Below the pieces are notes generated by a model that was not told where the DNA came from, did no database searches, and saw nothing but the letters and a program-made list of their open reading frames with translations. A stretch of 63,993 bases of DNA, filler included, from Trichomonas gallinae (lineage: Eukaryota): the NCBI GenBank assembly GCA_008369845.1. It is 6 parts of 6 records of this genome, joined end to end, with 100 filler letters (N's around TTAATTAATTAA, not from the genome) between each part and the next. Parts side by side here need not be neighbours in the genome. Positions count along the whole stretch, not along the records: positions 1 to 17,760 come from MRSU01000273.1; positions 17,861 to 34,121 come from MRSU01000277.1; 4 more parts are not named here. One strand, given 5' to 3'. The position numbers and the translations under genes are program-made. Positions 11,801-20,800 of the stretch are shown in pieces; position 1 is the stretch's first letter, and each line of letters opens with the position of its first letter.

Positions 11801-14700
11801 TCGTTGAAAACTTTTGGAACTCCTGGCCATGCTGTGACTTTAACTTTGACTTTTTCATTTGGCTTAATTGTGAATTTTGATGGTTCTGCTGTTAAACAGT
11901 TGAATCCTGTTTTTGCCGGTACCATTGTTTCAAACGAAACGTCAATGTCTCCATTGTTGCTAACAATTATATTAGAAGTCAAGAAATCTGTGTATTTGCA
12001 AATTCCATAATCGATTTTGTAGGTGTCAATTGTATATTGAACTTTTGATGTTGATCCTAATAATTTAACCAGATAATCCGGGCCTCCTGATACATGGCAG
12101 ATTGCTTGTGCAGCATAGTTCTGTGAGAAATCGCCAGATCCGTAGAATGTGAAATGACAAATTTCTTCTTGGCCAGGTTTCACTATAGATCTTATTGGAA
12201 ATACATCAAATGATGATTTATTTTCACCACTGATTCTCCATTCGTACTCAGCAGTTATCTCACTGCTGTTTTTAATGACCAAATCGTAAACTTTTTCTCC
12301 TCCTAAAATGATTGAGCCGAAATCAATTTCTTCTTGGCTTAAAGATATGTTCGGGAAGCACATTAATGCTTTCAGTTTGATGAAATACTTCTGCGGATTT
12401 CCTTCGAATGTAATTCTCATTTGCTTCTCAATTGTCTCTGAGATAAAATTATTTTTGAAAGATGTGTCAAAATCGACATTAAAATCTGCTGTTTGATTTG
12501 GCTCAAGATTAAAAACTTCGCATGATGGATAGAATGGTGGATTTGGTGTTATTTTCATCGTTAAAGGCAGCTTAGAGGTGTTTTTAATTGTGTTTCTTTT
12601 TGTGATTTTTGACAAAAGATTTAATGAAGGTTTTAATTCATCATTTGATGTTTCTTGCTTGTAATCATATAAATACTTAAAGCTCATTATCTTCTGACTG
12701 ATATCTACCAAGACTTTTTCGAATTCTATTTTGAATTTCGGTTTGAAGATTTCGATCCTTCTCTTTCCCTGCTGCATTTGACAAACGGCAGCAAATTCGA
12801 TTTGATTCGGGTTCTTGCAGTCGAGATTTAACTCAAAGTCAGCTGTAGAATATGGAGGTATTTGCACATCATCTGGTTGCAGTGAATAAGTCAATTCTTC
12901 ACTTTTCTCAAAATTTGGAATTGACCATCTCAAAGATCTACTAAGTCTGCCTTTGTTTTCGAGTTTGAAAGGAAATGAAACTTTTTGTCCGGCAAAAGCG
13001 TTTTGTATTTCTATTACGTCTAAGTTAATGTTTGGAATCAAAGGGATTCCTGTTCCAACAGCGACGGCTTTAATTTGGAATGGTGCTGTCATTGTTAAAT
13101 TCATGTTTATATTTGTTTCGAATTTAACTGAATCATCCAAAAAAGCAATTAATTGGAATGTTTCTGTCTGTTGTGGTGGAATTGATCCTTCCATTTTATC
13201 CAACTTGAATATATCTGTGTTCTTCTCTATTTCGAATTTATATTCCAAAGGTATTAATGCTGTGTTCTCAAGTGTAAAATTCTTAAAATTATTCTTCAAG
13301 ACTGGAACTTTTCCAAAATCGATAATATTTGATGAAATTTTATATGTTGGTCCTATGCACTTAAAGTTGCAGTTGAATTCAAGAGGCGGATGATCGCTTC
13401 CGTAGATTCTTATCAGTTTAGTGAACTGCATTTCGCCTAGTTGTGTCGCAACAAGTTGAAATGAAAGTTCGACTTTTGAATTGGCTTGAATGATGCCAAA
13501 CGGCCTGCTGTTCTTTATTGTATATCCGTATGGAACTTCTGTGTTCTCAAGGACATCAAACTTTCCAGGTAGTTTCGATGGATTTTTTAAAACAACGAGA
13601 ATATCATAAGGAAAGTTAATAAAAATGTTTCCCAAGTCAATTGTCGGATTTTCTAATGAACAGTTTGGAGATTTTGAGTAGCCAGTAAACGGGATAGAGT
13701 GCAGTATCTCCTGGGCCTTCGATAGTATAATAACATTGCCGCGATATTGATGTAAACCCGTAGGAATGAAGTCGACTTTGATTGATTCAGTTTGTCGAGG
13801 AGAAACTGTTCCTTTGCATGGACTTACTTGGATCTCTCTGCTGTTTACTGTAGAGTCTGTGTCGCACTTCACGAAATAGTCGAGTGGAATGTCTGATGTG
13901 TTCTCTATCTCGACATATTTCGAGTAAATGAAGCCGCAACTTACTTCACCAAGCTCAATTTTCCTCGATTTTATCTCGAATGATGGGCCTAAAACGCGTC
14001 CATATATGCTGATCAGTGGATAATCTTTTGTTTCAGCACCTAGAATAGCGCAATGCAAGTCGCAGTTAAATTTTCCAATCGAATTTGCTATTAATTTAAA
14101 AATTATCGGAACTGCATCGCCAGCAGCTATAGAACCTGATTTAGGCGATGGAATAATTTCAAGAGCATTGTTATTATCAAGAAATTCGAAATCGACAATA
14201 GATTCGCCAGTATTATGCAGAAAAACTTGATATTCTAGGAAACTTTCAAGTGAAATGTGTCCTGCGTTTATATTTTGTACAGAAAACTTGGCTGATGGTG
14301 CTTTACACTCACCAGAAATTAGTAACGAGATTCGTGTATTATCTTTTGCATTTGTAAGATATGCATATTGCGTGATTTTTCCAAACATTTTTGGATGAAA
14401 CATAACAATAATTAGTTGATTTCGTCCTGGCCATAACTCACCACAAACTGGTTCAATTGAGAAGTTTTCTGACTGAAATAGTAGAGATTTCATGTAATTA
14501 TAACGACTTTGGGGATCATCTATATCGTATTTTAGCATAGTTCTGATTTCATCTTCAGTATTTGAAAAATTTCTCCATTCGAAATTTAATATTTGATTAC
14601 TTTTGTTCTTTATATTAATAACAAATTTCGATGACGTTGAGCTGTAAATTGGCGGAAAGAAAACCTCTTTGAAATCAACTTCCAAAGGACATTCAATCAT
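5899..14700 (-). CDS. HYDIN: Hydin-like axonemal central-pair protein (~2933 aa; tandem ASH/Ig-like domains plus central adenylate-kinase-like P-loop)
   Basis: Repeated 'F.I.P..G.I.P.....I.V.F.P' ASH/MSP-type modules; VHGPGNSGKTT P-loop followed by a charged region (MTEEEYNRLTDEEK). First ATG is at 14700; the ORF-track start at 14715 is GTG. Confidence 0.8.
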   Translation of the reverse strand: MIECPLEVDFKEVFFPPIYSSTSSKFVINIKNKSNQILNFEWRNFSNTEDEIRTMLKYDIDDPQSRYNYMKSLLFQSENFSIEPVCGELWPGRNQLIIVMFHPKMFGKITQYAYLTNAKDNTRISLLISGECKAPSAKFSVQNINAGHISLESFLEYQVFLHNTGESIVDFEFLDNNNALEIIPSPKSGSIAAGDAVPIIFKLIANSIGKFNCDLHCAILGAETKDYPLISIYGRVLGPSFEIKSRKIELGEVSCGFIYSKYVEIENTSDIPLDYFVKCDTDSTVNSREIQVSPCKGTVSPRQTESIKVDFIPTGLHQYRGNVIILSKAQEILHSIPFTGYSKSPNCSLENPTIDLGNIFINFPYDILVVLKNPSKLPGKFDVLENTEVPYGYTIKNSRPFGIIQANSKVELSFQLVATQLGEMQFTKLIRIYGSDHPPLEFNCNFKCIGPTYKISSNIIDFGKVPVLKNNFKNFTLENTALIPLEYKFEIEKNTDIFKLDKMEGSIPPQQTETFQLIAFLDDSVKFETNINMNLTMTAPFQIKAVAVGTGIPLIPNINLDVIEIQNAFAGQKVSFPFKLENKGRLSRSLRWSIPNFEKSEELTYSLQPDDVQIPPYSTADFELNLDCKNPNQIEFAAVCQMQQGKRRIEIFKPKFKIEFEKVLVDISQKIMSFKYLYDYKQETSNDELKPSLNLLSKITKRNTIKNTSKLPLTMKITPNPPFYPSCEVFNLEPNQTADFNVDFDTSFKNNFISETIEKQMRITFEGNPQKYFIKLKALMCFPNISLSQEEIDFGSIILGGEKVYDLVIKNSSEITAEYEWRISGENKSSFDVFPIRSIVKPGQEEICHFTFYGSGDFSQNYAAQAICHVSGGPDYLVKLLGSTSKVQYTIDTYKIDYGICKYTDFLTSNIIVSNNGDIDVSFETMVPAKTGFNCLTAEPSKFTIKPNEKVKVKVTAWPGVPKVFNEFFYIKTPDLTDVKIEVVADCRYPRQAIYIDNVLVNDSETENDLIIKQSDEILRKPRNKGDEYRKRRQRMKIGRFKPDSLPLFKFDLDLGNILLGSSIQKSFIIKNDSPFPSNYLIDGSSNDDLLFNVSPMSVTGIPSNTEIEVKVEFDSSSMKDIFNGEYSETYRLMVTDEIYYEFNVKSCFTSPQLSFSQTNLNFQTTIVGQQRILFVQIQNMSPIKVKYTIEDGIRPNIIQKDKEKAFTVLNSGGEIQEYGFTNIEIGFAPKQNKEYTIHFPVKVKYSNHEYMIACNGTGNLLKLSFFPPEADFSQILPFSDITTMQVLLTNPSSHAIEVFSRQYDMNIITDQATRHMTGTPLSRTRPKTGKDEFSNINFSSGVEQNHKVCLIVHGPGNSGKTTIANKLSEKYGNIPIIRIKELLLNNDDFEYALTNAIQDMNFFIIDGLDFLDNREESISFLNQMSKGMKGDEILTNMFYEPKNSHSHSIEDNFRLLLNVLKGWYVFMVALNPSQKVLEERFSRLLMASARETVEEQIKSNFMLKNMTEEEYNRLTDEEKDDVDRRRKILRNEQIVVEPTQSSINSARRSKKRPSTKKSVPKPSQPKPSPAKTKETYNDSPFLYDFYLYHYTFHIISGILQASENSIIVFDPTIINHDAENLVYSNNILVLNNEENVDDEIAKVLHFFPGLLELKTFLFRKCLPQPRLIVPATDDISNSDEQPEYFNIATDSNENNEFSNCTGRWKIEAGESTPIMIQFFGQAVGEYAGKLTFSISGYKSEIFTLPLKAKVSYPDIIRDLKQICVDVTDKLTPKTKLQYIKSMNTFFFGYNILKKEKMLKKDAAVVQKEFIFTNNSVFPSTIDVSLQNNSNKGIWSLDKLSTNIEPGETSSFVVSFNPQQIGTFENTMVICVKDNPEPLYLKLMSVCCVPILKFDTHVLDFEKIITNQQTSREFTIVNEEKIPAYWRVKGGNTLGSAFTITPLEGTLNPGAKSKVSIVFTSPKQILVKKSISIEIMDKTKLRTFDTYQINILAEAYDVNFAINYQENASSLNFGIMKVGKSKSLTLTMRTLGKYPILYKFILDKNKEFIQNMNLSSLSGGVQPSNNENGTDVIFTYKAFAKKKYNNAKGISVVINDTLTGSEIATVPIPFSAQSVYSSFSISPEKQIDFGTIPIVISNTKIFTVTNTGYFEFNFSIYQSVDSEPSNNNDKKKKLVKEPKGPSNSKRHLAKLPQFVSIGEFITISPSFGSIKPNETQEFLVEIKPTKIQNVMEKFFIVVQNAEPQIEKGVEYKIFADCISSSLCCDDYEQIFRTMNICSSKEAQMDVSSWFYDQKRLVFCPTLVSATTKGEFFVINNSPVPCEVDITVKNNKKDVEYFTLSENMISLDANESKPIQITFEPNRTGLLTATVTATARNSLHPPLVFEVQGEGEIPFVDVQIQSDGNISKDDLQPFEAFLITFKQEKIIVLTNRNNIHATINVALSPSPDFILSLEHRKIVIEPHSTFNLPIIFSPQKPRKSTVDVTLTIEENKDFMKKITFYGEGIFEPVYVVGNVLSKQGGPTLLFSDTIVGKTSKVDFMMRNVSEFNYRFQFQNDNDFVFIPHAGHIHANSSKKITCIFSSEKPVSYTKKVLTCSRAKIQLQENSPDWDDSKTVVKYVKKSQLDPEMQNVAPPAIASSRSVRKLKIYEENQQEDDETYVIEEVETEPAYSVIKERLNDMQIIISAASDNIGYLLHEDILDIPLTMIYESKSCQFTLENTCNIGFNYLWRFKTLDTLKQGQIKPAILPFSISPPSGFLKPKEKAVFTITFSPTTDDEFTCTYLCDIDGLKYDPPIIKCCAASKRPIVHINFEQSDYLTANRRMSSQTIVVSENIRVLEILTNSKGNKAIKTFEMINTTDRPYEISWKCKQDTSDGSITCATPSAFVSSGKRFACTFEFKPKSHQTVESLWTFNIPAYDVSADILIVGRVFSSSK

Positions 14701-14712
14701 GCAAAATTTACT

Positions 14713-14860
14713 CACCCCTCTTCATTTTTTACAGCCCCTTTATAAATAATTCAATATTAATACACCCCTTTTATTTTTGTCAACCCCTTTATAAAACATT
14801 CAAAATTATTGTACCCTTCTTTATTTTTTGCAACCCCTTTATAAATCATTTTTAAATAAA
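14713..14860. repeat. Three imperfect ~49-50 bp tandem copies directly upstream of the Hydin-like gene
   Basis: Units start near 14713, 14763 and 14812. Each reads yACCCyT..T-tract..CCCCTTTATAAA followed by an AT-rich stretch. Confidence 0.8.
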
Positions 14861-15399
14861 ATCACGCAATTTAGGGATGTTTTAAAACCGTTCATTCGAT
14901 AAAGAAGAAAAGGAGGAAGAACAAATTAAATACAATTTTCCATTTAATATCTTTACCAATTTTTGATGATCAGTTACTGTAGGAAATAAAAATCAGTCGA
15001 AAACGAATTCAGGAACATGTTATAGGCTAAAATTATAAATTCATCTTCCCATATTTAAGTTATTCCCAAACAATGCAAGGTTATATGCTGTATCTATTTC
15101 CTGCACACTAACTAAATCTTGCAAAAGCAATATGAGTAACTGTGATATCCCTATTGCCTATGAGATTAAATTATGAGAATGAAAAAAATAGAGAACTACC
15201 AATAGTTATATGGGGAAAAGTGAAACCTTCCATGTGCTTATTCGTGAGCCAATTTCCTCCTACGTTTTGTTAAAATTTTGATTTTTAATCGATAAAACCA
15301 CTAAACAAATGTTTATAAGCAAAATCAAACGATCAGAGAAAAAACCTAAAAAAAAACGTATATTTTTTTGCTTCAAAAGTATAAAAATTTATAATAACA

Positions 15400-17328
15400 A
15401 TGAAGCAAGTTTCTGCGGTGAAAATTCCGAAGTTTATACTTGACTTCCTCAATATTTTGGACACACTGACAGCTTCGAACCAAAGTATTGAGCAAGTCAT
15501 TGATAGATTCGGATATTATTATCAAAAAAATCCAGCGAGAAGGCCATTTATCGTAGATTACATCAAATCTGTATATAGATACCGAAAGGATCCTGTTTTC
15601 GAGCGCGTAAGGAATATTGTCCTTCATTATAGAGTGAAAAGCCCTTCGTCTGATTTTCTCGCGAATGATGATTTAAAGGAGCTTAAAAAGCGTGGCCCTA
15701 AGCAGGAATACTTGAATAGAGCTGCTCGTTTCGGTGCTATTAAATGTTTTAGGTTTTTGATAGAAAATAACTGCAAACCTGATAAAAATACATGTAGAGA
15801 AGCAATTTATGGTGGCAATCTCGATATTATCAAATCTGTATATAAGAATGGCAATCAAAATCTATTCTACGCGTTAGAATCACAAAGAAACGACATTGCC
15901 GATTGGATATTACAACAAACAAACCAAAATGCAGATGAAGATATAGATAAATACATCAAAACATACAACTTAAGAGCTATTTTTTACAGAATTGCAAGCA
16001 AAGCAAGTGATTTTTACATTGACGATTTATTATACTATTTTGCAGACAAAGAATTCATTGATTTTACTATACAATCCGGTGGAGAGATCAAAAATCCAAG
16101 TTTTTGCTTAATTCAAGCAATTTTAGCAAATAATCTTGAACACACGAAGTATTTCATCGAAGAGAAGTACGCTGACATTACACAGGAATGTGAAACATAC
16201 AAAGGAAAGATTTCTGCCATTCAAGCAGCTGCTTATACGAATGATGAAGAAATTATTTCTTATGTTTTTTCAAACTTCGCCAAAATTGAAACAAAAACGG
16301 TTCCTAAGTTTAATTCTATCGATGTTTTCAATATGTTGGTCAGTGCTGGCTTTGACAAAGAATCATTAATCAAATTCAGCTGCTTAGACGGAAACTTTGA
16401 CATCTTCGAAGAGCTCACAGAAAATGAGACAGAGCTTCCAGATTATTATTTGCAATTGGCTTGCAAATCTTATCATTCTGGAATTTTGGAATATGTTTTA
16501 ACGAAATGCAAAGCACCGTTGACAATATCTTTATTCAATGATGTTTTCTACCAAAGGCTCTCGTATCAAATGGAGCAAAACACAAGATTGATTTTATTAT
16601 TGGAAGGAACAACAAAAACTGTTAAGGAAGCTGTTGAATCAGAAGTTATCAAACTGCTGAGTGTTTTGATTCAAAAAGGCTTGGATATTAATTCTCGGAT
16701 TCCTCAATCACAAGATTTATACGAAACTCCATTAACTTTAGCGCTAAAGGGTGGATATAGCCAAGTTGCAGCATATTTAGTCAAAGATGGTGCAGATATC
16801 AACATTTCGGCCACTAATGAAGTCAATGACGAAATTGTTGATGTGAAACCTCTGTTTTATGCAATAGAATATGGTGATATTTCAACAGTCAAGGCATTGT
16901 TGGTGAAAGGAGCCAGTTGGCAAGGAACAGTAAGAACTCCTGATGGTTTGCATTCTGCGCTTTCTCTTGCTGTCCGCTGGAGCAAAGTTGATACTGTGAG
17001 ATTCTTGCTCTTGTTCGGCTTCTCAGATCCATGCTCTTATTTGCACATCAACACCAACGAAAAAGAAAAGGCACAAAAGATCTTGACATTACTCGTTGGA
17101 AAACGCGTCCCTGTTTGCGAGGAAGTTGATGTTCTCAAGATTGCAGAAGACCTTGATATGAAGAACAATTTATATGAAGCAATCACGAGTTTGGAGACAG
17201 TTCCAATCGATGAAGTTATTATTCCTGCAGATCCTGATGCAGTATCGATATTTAACAAAGAGAGGGAGCTCAGTACCAGAAAGAATGCAAACGATCAAGG
17301 AAAATCTGCTTGCTGTTTACTTATTTGA
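15400..17328 (+). CDS. Trichomonad-type ankyrin-repeat protein with C-terminal CC-CaaX motif (SACCLLI)
   Basis: N-terminal 'AARFGAIKCFRFLIEN...EAIYGGNLDII' (DUF3447-like), ankyrin units (ETPLTLALKGG, KPLFYAIEYG), terminal CLLI. Confidence 0.85.
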   Translation: MKQVSAVKIPKFILDFLNILDTLTASNQSIEQVIDRFGYYYQKNPARRPFIVDYIKSVYRYRKDPVFERVRNIVLHYRVKSPSSDFLANDDLKELKKRGPKQEYLNRAARFGAIKCFRFLIENNCKPDKNTCREAIYGGNLDIIKSVYKNGNQNLFYALESQRNDIADWILQQTNQNADEDIDKYIKTYNLRAIFYRIASKASDFYIDDLLYYFADKEFIDFTIQSGGEIKNPSFCLIQAILANNLEHTKYFIEEKYADITQECETYKGKISAIQAAAYTNDEEIISYVFSNFAKIETKTVPKFNSIDVFNMLVSAGFDKESLIKFSCLDGNFDIFEELTENETELPDYYLQLACKSYHSGILEYVLTKCKAPLTISLFNDVFYQRLSYQMEQNTRLILLLEGTTKTVKEAVESEVIKLLSVLIQKGLDINSRIPQSQDLYETPLTLALKGGYSQVAAYLVKDGADINISATNEVNDEIVDVKPLFYAIEYGDISTVKALLVKGASWQGTVRTPDGLHSALSLAVRWSKVDTVRFLLLFGFSDPCSYLHINTNEKEKAQKILTLLVGKRVPVCEEVDVLKIAEDLDMKNNLYEAITSLETVPIDEVIIPADPDAVSIFNKERELSTRKNANDQGKSACCLLI

Positions 17329-17475
17329 ATTTATTATGTAAAATTATTTATTATCATTGTTAACACAAACCGCAACCCTCATTTTTCATAACTAACATAT
17401 CTACATAATAATTAATAATCAAAACTGAAACAATTATATTATAACAAAGAAAAAAAAATTTGCTTGATAAATTTA

Positions 17476-17637
17476 TTTACATGTCAGGAATAAATTCTGT
17501 TCGTTTAAAATATTTACATGTCAAAAATAGATAAAATATTATGTTTACATGTCAGAAATAATTTTGTTCGTTTAAAATATTTACATGTCAAAAATATTTT
17601 ATTGTTAAAATTGTCAAATTTAGGTATTTACATGTCA
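17476..17637. repeat. Five copies of TTTACATGTCA, including a ~53-bp direct repeat, upstream of eL42
   Basis: Motif at 17476, 17513, 17544, 17580 and 17627. 17476-17529 is nearly identical to 17544-17596. Confidence 0.85.
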
Positions 17638-17664
17638 AAAATACAAGAACGATTATTGTAAATG

Positions 17665-17685
17665 GGCGGTTTTGGTCGATCCTTT
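17665..17685 (+). promoter_or_regulatory. M3 (GGCGGTTT) plus M5 (CCTTT) core promoter
   Basis: GGCGGTTT at 17665-17672 and CCTTT at 17681-17685, 7 nt before the ATG. This is the Inr-alternative promoter type known from T. vaginalis, where M5 is common in ribosomal protein genes. Confidence 0.75.
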
Positions 17686-17692
17686 CGCTTCG

Positions 17693-17760
17693 ATGGTTCA
17701 TCATCCAAAGACCAAGAAGTTCTTCTGCAAGTTCTGCAAGAAGCACACAATGTGCAAGGT
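17693..17760 (+). CDS. RPL44: 60S ribosomal protein eL42 (L44/L36a), 5' fragment cut by the gap
   Basis: Translates as MVHHPKTKKFFCKFCKKHTMCK(V), matching the eL42 N-terminus MV..PKT...FC..C.KH...KV. Codon usage fits high expression. Not in the ORF track. Confidence 0.88.
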
Positions 17761-17860
17761 NNNNNNNNNNNNNNNNNNNNNNNNNNNNNNNNNNNNNNNN
17801 NNNNTTAATTAATTAANNNNNNNNNNNNNNNNNNNNNNNNNNNNNNNNNNNNNNNNNNNN
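17761..17860. other. Artificial contig spacer (N44-TTAATTAATTAA-N44)
   Basis: Identical 100-nt spacer with a six-frame stop linker occurs five times in the window. Confidence 0.97.
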
Positions 17861-17982
17861 TTGTGAATGCAAAAAAAAAAAAAAAAAAAAAAACATTCAT
17901 ACATCATGAAATAATTGACATTTTTAGAAAATCTGACAAAGTTTACTTTACAAATAACAAAAAATTACATTTATTTGGAGGA

Positions 17983-18609
17983 ATGAATTGTAGTACCAAA
18001 TGGCTAATAACAATACCTATATATATATTACTGATGAGCGCACCATTTCTCCTTTGCATTTCAGGCGTAGGATATTACTATTTTACGCAAGATTTTCTTA
18101 TTATTAAGCCAAAATTTAATCTAAATATTTTATTTGGCTTAGGAATTGGCGTTGGACTCGTTTTCTTTATTGGCATTTGGTTTTTCTTAACAGTGCCACG
18201 ATTTGCTTGCAATTACATTCTTACATTCCCAGCATTTTTCATAATGACTTCGATATTCATTGCATTTTCTGTTCCTTCATCTTTCGATAAATATGTATCA
18301 AAATGGGACGAAGAATGGAGCATCGAAGATAAATTTTTAGATTTACAAATCAATCATCATTGCTGCGGCTGGAATAATTACACAGATCGTTCTCTTACAC
18401 CATGTCCACTTGATTACGTTTCAGGATGCAAGAATTTCATTACAGAATTCTTGGAGCCAAGGTTCAGCCAAATTTTTGCTCTCTCAATATCAGCAGTTAT
18501 TCTTTGTCTAATATCTTTCATAAGTTTGCTTTTGGCATGTTCAATTGGCGGTCAAGATGATCTTCTTGCACATTTCGACTCTACTCCGGCTCCAGAAGAA
18601 GACCCTTGA
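17983..18609 (+). CDS. Tetraspanin-family protein (~208 aa)
   Basis: Three N-terminal TM segments, an extracellular loop with CCG (HHCCGW) plus PC and GC cysteines, then a fourth TM. ATG at 17983; the ORF-track extension runs through a poly(A) from a GTG. Confidence 0.8.
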   Translation: MNCSTKWLITIPIYILLMSAPFLLCISGVGYYYFTQDFLIIKPKFNLNILFGLGIGVGLVFFIGIWFFLTVPRFACNYILTFPAFFIMTSIFIAFSVPSSFDKYVSKWDEEWSIEDKFLDLQINHHCCGWNNYTDRSLTPCPLDYVSGCKNFITEFLEPRFSQIFALSISAVILCLISFISLLLACSIGGQDDLLAHFDSTPAPEEDP

Positions 18610-19207
18610 TCTATAATATGTTCCATTACAGTTATTTTGATTTACATGCGCTTTAATTTTGATAATTTTATCAAAATATCGTTACAAATCAAATTAACAC
18701 AATTTCTTCGATGAAATTTTAACAAAGCATACAATTGCTTTTATTACTTGATTGCACAAAATTCGATTTTTTATTTTTCTTCGAATACTTCTTTCTAATG
18801 ACAAGAATTCTATTGTTGTTATCAAAGCTACCTTTTGACGCATATACATCCAAAAATAAATTGTTTGTTTTTTTTATCAATAAATCCTTGTAACCAATTA
18901 ATAATTTGTTAAATTAAATCCAATTGGTCATGCTAATATCAATTATGGCTATCATAGATATGTCGAACCTACTTCAAAAAAAAATAAAATAACTCTTTTA
19001 TTATTCTTGTATAATCAAATCAAAAACTTATGTCCACTATATAATATAACAGCTGATATCAGTTACAACATACCATTTGAAATGATTCCGGTGCTTGAAA
19101 AAGACTACTGACATTTAACATGTAAAATGTCAAAAACAAATGTCAAATTATCTAAAAGTGACGATTATTTTTGCCGTGTAAAATTATTTACAATTCAAAG
19201 TTAATAT

Positions 19208-20800
19208 ATGACTTCCGCCACTGAAATTCTTGATGAGACTGCAATCATCCATGAACAAAGCTTACAGAAGTTCATCAGGGAAACAGTTGAATTGCCATCA
19301 AATGTTAACACTATTATCTTAGAGATTCCAAAAGATGATGAAGTTACAAAGGCCGTTGACAAAGTTGTTGGTGGTATTAAAATTACGCGCCGTGAAGGTA
19401 TCAAAATCAAGCGCCCTATTGATGAATTTATCGAACAATATAAATTTGATTTCACAAATCCTGAGAAAACTTCAGCTGAATTTAAGGTATCATCAGATAT
19501 AGCACGAATATTATATGTATCCTTAGGCTTCAACTCCCCAGATGAATGGAATCGCTTCAATTTCGAAACTCGCGAAATTAAATTTTCAGCTTATCTTTGT
19601 TTTGGAAGGAGAAATGCATACAAGAAAGATAAAATCTACTTTGACACAGTCAAACTGAAATCAATTGACGCACCAGAGAATTCAAGAACAAAAGAGAAAA
19701 TATTCCAAGCAATCTTCAATTCATTCAAATTGAACAAATTACGAAATATGTTCCGCTTTTTGTGCATGGGCAACGAATATCCAGTTGGTGTCAATGATGA
19801 ATTTCTTGAAGTTACGGAATCAGGAGTAATTTCCCAAGAATTCAACGATGAACTCAAATTAGAACTATGCAGAAGCGATTTAGAGCCACTTCCTGATGTA
19901 TTATACTTTACTGAAAATGAAATTCAACTTAGTTTTCCACAGGCCGTTTTTATGATTGAAGGATTGGCATTGAATCAATCAGATGATGAAGAAGGCTGTG
20001 TTGAAAAGAAATTTACACAGAAAAAAACAGTTTACAGATTATTATTACCTGCTATGCTTCCGGTTGCATTTGAATGCCGCGAAGGAGGTGTTTATGCTTC
20101 ATTTACTGACTATTGCGACATTTCTGCGCAGCAAATATGCGATAGATTCCAAACGATTTTGAAAAATCTGTTAGCAAATTGTTCAGGTCAAACATATGTC
20201 GCATCATTCCAAAAAGTACTATACAATATTATTAAACAGAAGGATATTCTTCAACTTAATAACAAAGAAGATTTCATTGCCGTTACAACCAAGCAAGTAA
20301 AGCTTCCTGACAAGTTTGAGGAATCTAATCAAAAAATTACAGGCAAAAGATTCGAAAAAAAGATTGAAATGCGCACAGATGGACTCACAAACTTCCAAGT
20401 ATATATTTACTACCTCTCTCCAATCCCTAAAGAAAGAGCCAAGATCAATGAAAGGTTTGAGGACATTATGGATGAGATTTATGAAAAATGCGCATATTAC
20501 GAATGTCCAATCTGCAATTTGCAATCATGCCACTATGCTCATTCATGCCCTCTCGGTCTTCATAGTGGAAGCAGAATATCTTTCAAAAATAGCAAAGGCG
20601 AAGAAGTTATGGAAGAAGAAGCTCCAGAGATGGATATTGATGGCCACTCAGCGAAAAGAATTTGCTATGATTGTTGCGGAGTCGTCATAGAGGAATATGA
20701 TACAGGTTGTCAAAGAACTGACAAACATACAATGCCGAATGATCTTGACAATGGATATAATATATGGTCAGACCTTCAATGTGACGCTGGATCATTTTAA
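19208..20800 (+). CDS. Hypothetical protein (530 aa) with C-terminal Cys/His cluster (Btk-type zinc-motif-like)
   Basis: Long ORF with AAAAGTGAC upstream; C-terminal CPIC..C...HSG......CYDCCG....GC....H. Confidence 0.7.
   Translation: MTSATEILDETAIIHEQSLQKFIRETVELPSNVNTIILEIPKDDEVTKAVDKVVGGIKITRREGIKIKRPIDEFIEQYKFDFTNPEKTSAEFKVSSDIARILYVSLGFNSPDEWNRFNFETREIKFSAYLCFGRRNAYKKDKIYFDTVKLKSIDAPENSRTKEKIFQAIFNSFKLNKLRNMFRFLCMGNEYPVGVNDEFLEVTESGVISQEFNDELKLELCRSDLEPLPDVLYFTENEIQLSFPQAVFMIEGLALNQSDDEEGCVEKKFTQKKTVYRLLLPAMLPVAFECREGGVYASFTDYCDISAQQICDRFQTILKNLLANCSGQTYVASFQKVLYNIIKQKDILQLNNKEDFIAVTTKQVKLPDKFEESNQKITGKRFEKKIEMRTDGLTNFQVYIYYLSPIPKERAKINERFEDIMDEIYEKCAYYECPICNLQSCHYAHSCPLGLHSGSRISFKNSKGEEVMEEEAPEMDIDGHSAKRICYDCCGVVIEEYDTGCQRTDKHTMPNDLDNGYNIWSDLQCDAGSF

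Noticed and set aside
17805..17816. TTAATTAATTAA palindrome recurring five times in the window
   Set aside because: Always centred in 44+44 Ns; it is an artificial six-frame stop linker, not biology.
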